NCBI GenBank assembly: GCA_045605575.1
Contig: JAZUQE010000147.1
Location: 10,672-74,671, forward strand
Origin: Faecousia sp.
GTDB lineage: Bacteria; Bacillota; Clostridia; Oscillospirales; Oscillospiraceae
Length of the DNA stretch: 64,000 nt
Direction: 5' to 3'
Shown here: positions 50,105 through 58,499 of the stretch, one piece after another
Layout of the letters: each line of letters opens with the position of its first letter
Position numbering within the stretch: the first letter of the stretch is position 1
Made by a program: the position numbers and the translations under genes
Notes under the pieces: generated by a model
Told to the model about the DNA's origin: nothing
Database searches by the model: none
What the model saw: the letters and a program-made list of their open reading frames with translations, nothing else

Positions 50105-51311
50105 GGGAATTCTCCTTTATTTCAGATACGGTTGCGGTTACATCGCCATCACCCAGGATCACACGGATCTGCTCTCCCCTATCCGTCTGACGGACGGAGC
50201 GAAGAACGGTTCCATCTGATTTTTGGGTGATCGCATAACCGCGGGTCAGAACTTTCAAAGGACTCATGGCATCCAGTTTCGCTGTCAAAGCAACAAAACG
50301 CTGACGCTTCCGATCTGAGTTCCTCTGTCCTGCGGCAGCCAGACGGGATGTGACAGCTGCCAGTGCATCCCGGCGCAGCCTGAGGTATCCATCCGGGCTT
50401 TTCATTGCATTGCTGGAAGCAAGCATCGCTAACTGACGTTTTGCATTTTTCAACTGACGGCCCAGTGAAGAAGCCATGCTATCCGAAAATGAGTCCAGCG
50501 TTTGGCGCAGAGCTTCCTGATCCGGAACGGCAAGCTCAGCCGCGTTGGATGGTGTGGCAGCGCGAAGATCGGCAACATAGTCGGAGATCGTTACGTCAGG
50601 CTCATGACCGACCGCTGAGATCACAGGGATCTTGGATTTGTAGATCGCGTAAGCAACGCGCTCGTCGTTAAAAGCCCACAGATCTTCAATAGAGCCTCCT
50701 CCCCGCCCTACGATCAACAAATCAGCCAGATGATGATAGTTGGCATATTGGATCGCAGCAACGATCTCTCCGGGCGCCTCTGCGCCTTGCACACGGACGG
50801 GAAGCAAACGTACTTTTGTCAACGGATAACGCTTACGCAGGATGCGGAGCATATCATGAACAGCTGCACCGGCAGAACTGGTAATGATACCAATGGTACC
50901 GGGATATTTAGGCAGCTGCTGTTTATGGGTTGGGTCGAAGAGTCCCTGCGCACCCAGCTTGGCTTTCAGTTGCTCAAAGGCTGCATAGAGGTCACCAATG
51001 CCGTCCAGGGCCATGGCACTGCAGTACATTTGATAAGCACCATCCCTGGGATATACAGAGATCTTACCCATTACAATGACTTGCATGCCGTTATCCGGTC
51101 GGAAACGGAGACGAACAGCGCTGCTCTTAAACATGACGCATTTTAAAGCTGCATTGGCATCCTTGATGGTAAAATAGTGATGACCCGATGGATAGACCTT
51201 ATAATTGCTGATCTCACCGCGAACTGCTACACCCGCAAGCAGGGCATCCCGATCCATCAAGGTGCGGATATAATCATTGATCTGAGAAACAGACAGAACT
51301 TCTTTCGCCAT
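50091..51311 (-). CDS. xseA: Exonuclease VII large subunit
   Basis: GEISN....SGH.YF, RGGGS.EDLW.FN, SAVGHE.D, ATPS.AAE. Confidence 0.96.
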   Translation of the reverse strand: MAKEVLSVSQINDYIRTLMDRDALLAGVAVRGEISNYKVYPSGHHYFTIKDANAALKCVMFKSSAVRLRFRPDNGMQVIVMGKISVYPRDGAYQMYCSAMALDGIGDLYAAFEQLKAKLGAQGLFDPTHKQQLPKYPGTIGIITSSAGAAVHDMLRILRKRYPLTKVRLLPVRVQGAEAPGEIVAAIQYANYHHLADLLIVGRGGGSIEDLWAFNDERVAYAIYKSKIPVISAVGHEPDVTISDYVADLRAATPSNAAELAVPDQEALRQTLDSFSDSMASSLGRQLKNAKRQLAMLASSNAMKSPDGYLRLRRDALAAVTSRLAAAGQRNSDRKRQRFVALTAKLDAMSPLKVLTRGYAITQKSDGTVLRSVRQTDRGEQIRVILGDGDVTATVSEIKENSHESE

Positions 51312-51314
51312 TTA

Positions 51315-52238
51315 TTACCTCTTTTGATTACGGTATGCCAAAACGGCAACACCCATAGCGTTATCGGTAGAGTACAGGGGCGGCGCAAAGACAGGCTCAA
51401 GGGGCCGCATTTGCTGACGCAGCATAGAATTGGATGCTACACCGCCGGAAAAGACAACTGGCAGGCCGGGAAAAGTTAGCTTTGCTTGTTTGGTTGCCTG
51501 AAACACGGCGCCAGCCACACACCGCAAGGCAAACGCGGCGGTTTCCTCCGCAAGGTTGTACTTTTCGTGGAACTGCTGCACTTTGTTTTGCACACCGGAA
51601 AGTGAAAAATAGCAATCTGTACATTTGACACGGAAGGTCTCCTGCATATGCGCGTTTTGTGAGAGTGCGTCGATATATTTGCCAGATGGGAACGGCAAGG
51701 AAAGAAGCTGGCCGGTCCGGTCGATCAGCTGACCTGCGGATATATCCGTAGTCCCGCCGATTTTGGTGCAGCGAACATTCCCATCTTCCGGCTCGATAAG
51801 CAGGAGCTCCGTGGTCCCGCCAGACAAATGCCAGGCCAGGTGTGGAGTATCCAAAAGATCCATTCTACCTGCACTCCATGTACAAGCCGCCACATGCCCC
51901 TGCTGGTGGGATACTTCGATCAGTGGTACACCCAAATAATCGGCAAGTAGCTTTGCATGGGAAAAACCTACCATAAAACAGGGCATATAGCTCCCTTCCA
52001 AAGCTCTGGGGCGGGTACTTACACCCACAGCTGTGATCTCACCTACCCGGACATGGGAAAATAGCCTGCCAGTCAGCTCCGGCAGGCTTTTGGTATGGGC
52101 AAATACGGCGTCGCTTTGACGAAGTCCTAACTCGCCGGGCTTCACCGGCAGAAGCTTGGAACAGTTTTCACCGATTTCTCCGTCAAACCAGGCAATAGAA
52201 GTGGTATAATTGCTGGTATCAAAGCCAATAACAGCCAT
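51315..52238 (-). CDS. TsaD/Kae1-like (peptidase M22) paralogue
   Basis: DTSNYTTS, HQQGH, SGGTTE, GQLIDR, GGVASN, TDNA. Confidence 0.8.
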   Translation of the reverse strand: MAVIGFDTSNYTTSIAWFDGEIGENCSKLLPVKPGELGLRQSDAVFAHTKSLPELTGRLFSHVRVGEITAVGVSTRPRALEGSYMPCFMVGFSHAKLLADYLGVPLIEVSHQQGHVAACTWSAGRMDLLDTPHLAWHLSGGTTELLLIEPEDGNVRCTKIGGTTDISAGQLIDRTGQLLSLPFPSGKYIDALSQNAHMQETFRVKCTDCYFSLSGVQNKVQQFHEKYNLAEETAAFALRCVAGAVFQATKQAKLTFPGLPVVFSGGVASNSMLRQQMRPLEPVFAPPLYSTDNAMGVAVLAYRNQKR

Positions 52239-52241
52239 AAC

Positions 52242-52712
52242 TTATACTTCCTCTACAGTAGACTCCTTATGCTCCTGCGCCCGTGCGAAGGAGCCAAGAA
52301 TTCCGTTAACAAAGGCACCTGTATCATCGCCATCGTACTTTTTGGCAAGGCGGACAGCCTCGGAAATTGCCACGCCAACAGGTACATCCTCGACGTAGAG
52401 AGCCTCAAAGATGGCAAGTTGCATGATCGCGCGGGTCAACCGGGAAATTCTGCTGACATCCCAACCAATTGAATAGGTTTGGATCTGAGCGTTCAAATCT
52501 TCCTCACGGTTTGCCACACCGGACACAACGCTATCCAAATACGCCTGCTGAGCGCGGCTGGGACGCTCGGAGTATACATCGTTTTCTGCAGAAAGCTTTG
52601 CGTAATACGCACGCTCCAAGCGTGCTGCAATCACACGTTCGGGCGATTCATCCGTAAAATTACGGCTATAGATCAAATGTACGGCCAGTTCTCTGGCATT
52701 TGCTCTTGTCAT
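52242..52712 (-). CDS. nusB: Transcription antitermination factor NusB
   Basis: R..ARE.A, VP..VAI.EAV.LAKKY, FVNGILG. Confidence 0.95.
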   Translation of the reverse strand: MTRANARELAVHLIYSRNFTDESPERVIAARLERAYYAKLSAENDVYSERPSRAQQAYLDSVVSGVANREEDLNAQIQTYSIGWDVSRISRLTRAIMQLAIFEALYVEDVPVGVAISEAVRLAKKYDGDDTGAFVNGILGSFARAQEHKESTVEEV

Positions 52713-52722
52713 ATCGGCGTCC

Positions 52723-53091
52723 TTACTTTACGGCAATGCCGCAGACATTGACATTCACGCAGTTGACCTTGCTCCCGGTCATGGATTCTACTGCAGAAGT
52801 AACGCCTTCCTGTACTGCCTTGGCCACAGAAACAACACTCTGGCCATATGCAATGATGATATTGCAGTCAACGCAAACGGAATTGTCCTCTTGGATGGTG
52901 ATCTTCATACCCTTGCCCCACTGCTTTCTGCCGATCAGATCCGCAATATCGGAGCCCGGCTTGGTGCTCAGAGATGCAACACCTTCCACTTCAGCGATGG
53001 TGTGGGAAACGATCGTAGACACTACGTCTTCAGAAATCATGACGGCCCCATTTTCCTGGATTTGGGAAATATACTGCTTATTATCTGCCAT
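52723..53091 (-). CDS. Asp23/Gls24 family protein (YqhY-like)
   Basis: G.V.ISEDV...I, EVEGV, VQ..V..AVESMTG, VNVNV. Confidence 0.9.
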   Translation of the reverse strand: MADNKQYISQIQENGAVMISEDVVSTIVSHTIAEVEGVASLSTKPGSDIADLIGRKQWGKGMKITIQEDNSVCVDCNIIIAYGQSVVSVAKAVQEGVTSAVESMTGSKVNCVNVNVCGIAVK

Positions 53092-53242
53092 AGTAATTCC
53101 TCCTAATCGCGCGCAATGCGCACACTTTTCTATATTGTACCACATATCCAGAAAAAAACAACTGTTTGTTTTTAGCCTTTTATGAAAAATCGCCATAGAT
53201 GCGTTAAAAAATGCATCTATGGCGAAGGATTCACGCGGCGAT

Positions 53243-53782
53243 CTACTGTACTTCGACAATACGAATGGAGTCTAATTCAAAATCCGACTGGGAAAGCACG
53301 ATGTCTGCGATCACAGCTACATCTTGCTGCTGCATCCCTCCCTCGGGTGTCGCAACGGCGACGGAGATCCCATCTTCCCCAATATAGGCCACACAGTCTG
53401 CATATCCCTTGGCAATGACCAGACTTTCAATCTGGGCCTCGCAAAGGGCCATTTGGACAATTTCTTCCAATTGCGCATTTGTATCGGATTCATCCGCTTC
53501 CTCATCATAGGCCATTGCTTCCTGCAGGAGCGTAACAGCACTGTCTCTGGCTTCCTGTCTGGACAGGCGGACTGCTGCAAAATAGTCTGTGATCGTATTG
53601 GAAGGATCACTCAGCGCATCACCCATGACCAGCATATCGGACGACATCAGTTTATCCGCATCAAGAGTTTGGGTCAAATCAGCAGTTGCCTGCTCCTCAC
53701 TATAGAGCCAATTTACGTAAATTCCTGCGCAAACCGTGACAAGAACTGCTGCTGCAATTAGGTTTTTCTTCCAGATTTTCAT
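53243..53782 (-). CDS. spoIIIAH: Stage III sporulation protein AH
   Basis: YFA..RL.R...R, E..IE....AKGY.D; last gene of the operon. Confidence 0.9.
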   Translation of the reverse strand: MKIWKKNLIAAAVLVTVCAGIYVNWLYSEEQATADLTQTLDADKLMSSDMLVMGDALSDPSNTITDYFAAVRLSRQEARDSAVTLLQEAMAYDEEADESDTNAQLEEIVQMALCEAQIESLVIAKGYADCVAYIGEDGISVAVATPEGGMQQQDVAVIADIVLSQSDFELDSIRIVEVQ

Positions 53783-53796
53783 GTAAAGTCCTCCTA

Positions 53797-54303
53797 TCAC
53801 TTCATTTTCAAGACGGAAATTTTGTCAGCACCCAGGCCAGTTGCTTTGCTGACAGCTTCTACGATAGCGAGACGAACAGATGGATCATCAGCGCCTTGAC
53901 ATACGATGATGGCGCCTAAATAAGAAGGGGGATTTACCTGACGAACCAGCCCGGACTCGTTACGCTGGGAATCGGTGATCGTGATGGTGCTTGTTTTGTT
54001 TTTTTGCTGCCCTTCCTGGTCTGTACGGTCTGTGTCCACCTGATAGAGCGTTTCTTCGCCGGAAGAAACTGTGAGCATTACATGCACCTCGCCTGCACCG
54101 GACACACGTGTCAGCATAGCGGACAAGCGCTGCTCAATGGTTATATCTTGTGGAACGCTGGGAGCAAGAGATTCGTTTTGCTTTGATTGAGATGTTTTTG
54201 AGGGCAGGATCATCAGAATGATACCAATCAGTAAAACGATCAAGGCATAACGATACTTGCGGTTTAGGTTGCTTAGTTTGCTCCTTATGGTTGACAAGTC
54301 CAC
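53797..54303 (-). CDS. spoIIIAG: Stage III sporulation protein AG
   Basis: L..V.GAG.V.VMLT, P...G..IVC.GA, I.VLKM. Confidence 0.9.
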   Translation of the reverse strand: MDLSTIRSKLSNLNRKYRYALIVLLIGIILMILPSKTSQSKQNESLAPSVPQDITIEQRLSAMLTRVSGAGEVHVMLTVSSGEETLYQVDTDRTDQEGQQKNKTSTITITDSQRNESGLVRQVNPPSYLGAIIVCQGADDPSVRLAIVEAVSKATGLGADKISVLKMK

Positions 54304-54758
54304 TCTTGTGCCTCCTTCGGTATTCCCAGCTGTACAGAAATCCATTCGGACAAGTGAGATCTTGTATAGGGGGATACTGCGCCATGAATCAGAGCTGCAG
54401 TGGGGAGTAAATCTTCTACCGTAACTTCCACATTAAGATCCACCCCCATTGCAGCCGCTTTGTCCAAGATATATGTTTCTGATCTCGACTTTATGACAGC
54501 GGTCAACTCTTCGGCAGCCGCTTCTTTTCCGGTACTTGCAGCTGCTTCTGCTTCTGCTGCAAAAGAATAACCGCTGGCTTCCAGTACGGAAAAATCCATG
54601 ATGCGCAGCGGAGCGATCAAGGTACAAGCCATAAAAATGCCGCTCAGTATCTTCACAAGACCGGAAGCAGCGGATTGTTTGCCGACCAATTCCCTGACGA
54701 TACCACAGAGAATGGCAGCGGCGGTCACGGACAATAGATAGTTCTTGAAGCCATCCAT
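54285..54758 (-). CDS. spoIIIAF: Stage III sporulation protein AF
   Basis: Two N-terminal TMs; position between AE and AG. Confidence 0.75.
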   Translation of the reverse strand: MDGFKNYLLSVTAAAILCGIVRELVGKQSAASGLVKILSGIFMACTLIAPLRIMDFSVLEASGYSFAAEAEAAASTGKEAAAEELTAVIKSRSETYILDKAAAMGVDLNVEVTVEDLLPTAALIHGAVSPYTRSHLSEWISVQLGIPKEAQEWTCQP

Positions 54759-55798
54759 CAGCTAATTCCTTTCATAAAGCAAACGGTACTGACCATGAGA
54801 AGCAGGCATACGGTTCCGGTCATAGCCAGCAGTAACCCCAAACCGCTGGAGAAATCTTTCAGTATACCAACAAATTGCTTGGATCCGAACACTTCACAGA
54901 CAGCACTCGTAATCTTCAAGAGTAAATAATGGGAACCGATTTGAAGAAATGGGAGTATGCATATTGAGATCAATGCCAGAATGCCATATACTCCGGCGGC
55001 GTTTTTGGCGATAGATGCACTGACCAGAATCGCTTCAGAGGCATCTGACAGGATGCCGCCTACCACAGGAACAGCACCGGAAATCGTTAGCTTTGTGGCT
55101 TTGATAGCAGCGGCATCGGCACTTCCGCTGACAACACCGGTCACGGCGATATAACCTGTGTACACATACAGGATCGTCTTCAACAACCAGGTAGCTAACC
55201 ACTTCAAAAAATCCCTTATTTTGCCGAGGAGTGCTTCTCCAACAGCACTGTATGCTGTGGATATACATAAATATGCGTATACAATTGGGATAATAGCGGC
55301 AGATATAAGACTGCTCAGCAATGCGTCGAAAGCAGCTGTGGCAGTATACAAAGCAACGGATGTTCCGCTTCCGCCTTGCGCTGCCACGGCTGCACTCATG
55401 ACTGGTAATAGAAGCCGGCCGTATTCACTAAGCTGCTGCACCGTTTCGGCAGCGAGGCCAATAAACGAGTGAGAGGTTTGCAATAGCAAGACGCCCACGG
55501 CAATCGTGCCAACAAGCTGCGCCACATGCTGAGGACAGCCGCGAACACTTTGCACCATGGCCAGCAGCAAAGCAAGTGCAATGAATGATGCACTAAGACG
55601 AAGTGCTTCGACCAGAGCTGGCTGAATTTTAGGGAGAACTTCTTGAAGAATGGATTGTAATCCTTCCGAAAAACTAACATTTGGTTCCGGCGTTATGGAC
55701 GCAGCTTCTCCGGTGACGGTGGGCGCAGTAAAAGAAACGGCTTCGGCGTGGGGGGCAAGTAAGAAAACAGAAAGAATAATTAAAATGATCTTACTCAT
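54758..55798 (-). CDS. spoIIIAE: Stage III sporulation protein AE
   Basis: VPVVGGILSDA...KNA.G..G; multiple TMs. Confidence 0.9.
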   Translation of the reverse strand: MSKIILIILSVFLLAPHAEAVSFTAPTVTGEAASITPEPNVSFSEGLQSILQEVLPKIQPALVEALRLSASFIALALLLAMVQSVRGCPQHVAQLVGTIAVGVLLLQTSHSFIGLAAETVQQLSEYGRLLLPVMSAAVAAQGGSGTSVALYTATAAFDALLSSLISAAIIPIVYAYLCISTAYSAVGEALLGKIRDFLKWLATWLLKTILYVYTGYIAVTGVVSGSADAAAIKATKLTISGAVPVVGGILSDASEAILVSASIAKNAAGVYGILALISICILPFLQIGSHYLLLKITSAVCEVFGSKQFVGILKDFSSGLGLLLAMTGTVCLLLMVSTVCFMKGIS

Positions 55799-56190
55799 AT
55801 GTTCTCCATAATATCATTTACCAGAGAAAGTAACTGTGTAAAGAGCGGGAGTGCAAGCCATAGAATGACTGCGGAAGCTGCAATTTGCAGTGTCTTACCC
55901 AATGCGCTGTTCCCAAGATCACTGCAAAGCGTGGATGTGATCTCTGTTAACAGGCCGATGCCAGCTGCTTTCATCAAGATCTCCACAAAAGCGCTGTCGA
56001 ATTGGCCGAGATCTTGCAGCTGCTCAAGGAAAGATGTCACAGGTTCCAGGTAGGTTAATGCGCCGATCAGCAGCAGGCAGCAGGCAGCTACTGTCAGTAC
56101 TGAGGCTATGTCCTTGTCCTTTTTTGCAAGGATCAGGTACAGGACCATGGAGATCAGCGCCAATGCAGAAGCTTTCCAAATAAATTCCAT
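55795..56190 (-). CDS. spoIIIAD: Stage III sporulation protein AD
   Basis: L.K..GI..LTE....C.D.G...L. Confidence 0.9.
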   Translation of the reverse strand: MEFIWKASALALISMVLYLILAKKDKDIASVLTVAACCLLLIGALTYLEPVTSFLEQLQDLGQFDSAFVEILMKAAGIGLLTEITSTLCSDLGNSALGKTLQIAASAVILWLALPLFTQLLSLVNDIMENI

Positions 56191-56384
56191 CAGAAATGAA
56201 AGAGGGATTTCACAAGATCAAACAGGTCTGCGATTTTTTGAACAAGCATCATCAAGACAACGATCAAGCCTGCCAGTGTTGTCATAGTTGCCTGTTCTTC
56301 CCTGCCCGAACGTGAAAGCACCTGGTTGAGAATTGAAACAATAATACCGACTGCGGCAATACGAAATATTAAATCAATTTCCAT
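56190..56384 (-). CDS. spoIIIAC: Stage III sporulation protein AC
   Basis: IDLIF.IAAVGI.V..LNQVL..SGREEQA..TTLAG. Confidence 0.95.
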   Translation of the reverse strand: MEIDLIFRIAAVGIIVSILNQVLSRSGREEQATMTTLAGLIVVLMMLVQKIADLFDLVKSLFHF

Positions 56385-56388
56385 ATGA

Positions 56389-56901
56389 TCAGATTAAAAT
56401 AATGACAAGGGCCGCACCGGCGCACAACCCAAAAATTTGATAGCTTCTAATTCGTATATCACGGTTTTCTTCCTGCTGCTGCAAAGCTTGTTTGCAACGC
56501 TGGAGCACTGCTTCCGCACCACGCAGCTGCCCTGTCAAATCGAAGCGTCCCAAAGACTTACCGAGATCAAGAAGATATGCCCGGGACAGTTCAGGCAAAT
56601 CCTTCACCTGGTCAATGGCATGAACCATGCAGGTGAATGGATCCGGTGATAACTGCTGCTCCATACTGTGACACATATGCATGAAAACCTGGCTCAATGG
56701 CACAACGGCATCAGCCTGCAACAATCGGAATAGCTGTGGTAGGGGCGTTTGATGATACTCCAAATGGCAAATCATAAACTCAAAATGTACGCAAAGCTGT
56801 CGAAGAATATTGGCCTCTTTGCAATAGGCACGGCCTGCTGCGAAACCGATATAACCGAATGCAGACAGCAAACATGCCGCTCCGATCCATTTTACATGCA
56901 T
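56389..56901 (-). CDS. spoIIIAB: Stage III sporulation protein AB
   Basis: K.IGA..., I..LEY..TPLP, LG..LG..D..GQ; operon position. Confidence 0.88.
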   Translation of the reverse strand: MHVKWIGAACLLSAFGYIGFAAGRAYCKEANILRQLCVHFEFMICHLEYHQTPLPQLFRLLQADAVVPLSQVFMHMCHSMEQQLSPDPFTCMVHAIDQVKDLPELSRAYLLDLGKSLGRFDLTGQLRGAEAVLQRCKQALQQQEENRDIRIRSYQIFGLCAGAALVIILI

Positions 56902-56902
56902 G

Positions 56903-57745
56903 CTATAAGCCTTCCGCTTTCCAGGACTTGTCCGGCTGCATAGTGACCAGCAGATCGAACAGCCCTTTTTCAATGATCGGGCGATACACCGGTCTGGAAA
57001 GTAAGTCGTGGCGGCTTTCTGCATGGGCCGTGGCCAGCAGATGTACACCGCTCCAGCCGGCTTGGACAAGGGCTTGACAATCTTCTTCCTGCGTTATCTC
57101 ATCAACCGCAATACTGCTCGGTCCCATTGTACGCAGCACATTGATAATGCCAATCTTCTTGGGGCAAAAGCTCAGGATATCCGTCCTTTTTCCTTGATCG
57201 AAACAAATGTGCCCATTGGATACTGGAAAGAGCTCTCCCCTTTCGTCCACAACACTGATACTTCCTGGGGAAGCATCAGATCTGCGTCTGATCATATCCC
57301 GCAGCAAAGTTGTCTTTCCGCTTCCCGGTTTGCCGATAATCAGAACGGAATGGGCGGATGTTGGGATGCCGGTACTGATTCCAGGAAAATCTCTGGCTAC
57401 GCGAATACACAGGCTATGGACTGTTCGTATGGCCGAAACGCCATCACGGTTCAGGATAGCTTCACCACAAATACCGATTCTGTGTCCGCCGGGTGCAGTC
57501 AGATAGCCTTGAGAACTGGTAGCAGCGGCCCAAGGAGAATACTGGGAAGCGGCATTGATAATAAACTGTATATCTTCTTGCTGGACCGTACGAGAAAGGC
57601 TTGTGCTGTTTCCGGACCGTATCAATTCGGGCGGCAATCCGGATCGGATCCGTAGCTCCTGTAATGTATTTGCTCCAAGCTCATGGACATCCTTGCGCAT
57701 CCAGAAAGGCAACAGATTTAAGAATTCTTGCCAGGCGCATATCAT
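56903..57745 (-). CDS. spoIIIAA: Stage III sporulation protein AA (ATPase)
   Basis: ELRIR, GYLT.PGGHRIG..G, GSGKTTLLRD, DERGE, VDEI, TAH. Confidence 0.93.
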   Translation of the reverse strand: MICAWQEFLNLLPFWMRKDVHELGANTLQELRIRSGLPPELIRSGNSTSLSRTVQQEDIQFIINAASQYSPWAAATSSQGYLTAPGGHRIGICGEAILNRDGVSAIRTVHSLCIRVARDFPGISTGIPTSAHSVLIIGKPGSGKTTLLRDMIRRRSDASPGSISVVDERGELFPVSNGHICFDQGKRTDILSFCPKKIGIINVLRTMGPSSIAVDEITQEEDCQALVQAGWSGVHLLATAHAESRHDLLSRPVYRPIIEKGLFDLLVTMQPDKSWKAEGL

Positions 57746-57764
57746 TTGCATCACTCCTTGGGAC

Positions 57765-57792
57765 ATCCTATGCACATTACATGGGAATATGA
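57765..57792 (-). promoter_or_regulatory. Sigma-E promoter of the spoIIIA operon
   Basis: Minus strand TCATATT-13 bp-CATAGGAT; spoIIIA is a known sigma-E operon. Confidence 0.75.
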
Positions 57793-57835
57793 AAAAAAGC
57801 TGACAGCAACAGCTGTCAGCTTGTATGATATAGGA

Positions 57836-58405
57836 TTACTGCTTACCAATACGGATCAGACGTGTGATGACTGGGGAGAGAACGATGTTGACACCAAGCT
57901 CGATCAGAAAATTAACACCGGCCAATGCGAAGATATAATAGGAACCAACATCGGTATATCCCATTTCGGCCGCCCAGCCTTTAACCGTTTCCAGGAAAAA
58001 GAGCTGGCAGCCCAGAAGAAATACGCCTGTGTTTACGATAGGACAGATGATGGCAGCGGTTATCACCGCAAGATCACGATTCCATTTTTGGACCAGCGCG
58101 TAAACCAATCCGGCGGCCAGACCGCAAAGAGTACCTTTGACCAATACAACTACGATCGTTGCCAACACATCCACCGACATAAATCCTGCCGCATCTCCCG
58201 AAAGCAGCACAGCAACGCCAAAGGCAAAGCCCAGCCAGGCGCCAGCCTTCCAAGAGTAGACCGCAGAGCCTACTACGATGGGGATCAGAACCAGCGAAAT
58301 GGAAAACATGCCGCCAAACTTGATGCCGCCTCCAAGAAGCTGAAGTACGACTACGATGGCGGTGAACAACCCGATTCCGACTATGTTTTTCGTTTTGCTA
58401 TTCAT
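57836..58405 (-). CDS. ECF transporter S component (PanT-like)
   Basis: About 6 TMs, A.F.AI..VL...ISL.LIP..VG....G...G; substrate is inferred. Confidence 0.75.
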   Translation of the reverse strand: MNSKTKNIVGIGLFTAIVVVLQLLGGGIKFGGMFSISLVLIPIVVGSAVYSWKAGAWLGFAFGVAVLLSGDAAGFMSVDVLATIVVVLVKGTLCGLAAGLVYALVQKWNRDLAVITAAIICPIVNTGVFLLGCQLFFLETVKGWAAEMGYTDVGSYYIFALAGVNFLIELGVNIVLSPVITRLIRIGKQ

Positions 58406-58417
58406 AAAAATACCTCC

Positions 58418-58449
58418 TGCTGTCGCTCCGGACCACCGGATGCGATGCA
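58418..58449 (-). ncRNA. Candidate pan-motif-like leader RNA
   Basis: Minus-strand stem UGC-A-UCGC-A-UCCGG/CCGGA-GCGA-CA-GCA with two unpaired As on the 5' side, abutting the RBS of the S-component gene. Confidence 0.45.
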
Positions 58450-58499
58450 TAATATTGCCTTTCGGCTATATGACCCAAAAACGGGACACATACAAGAAA

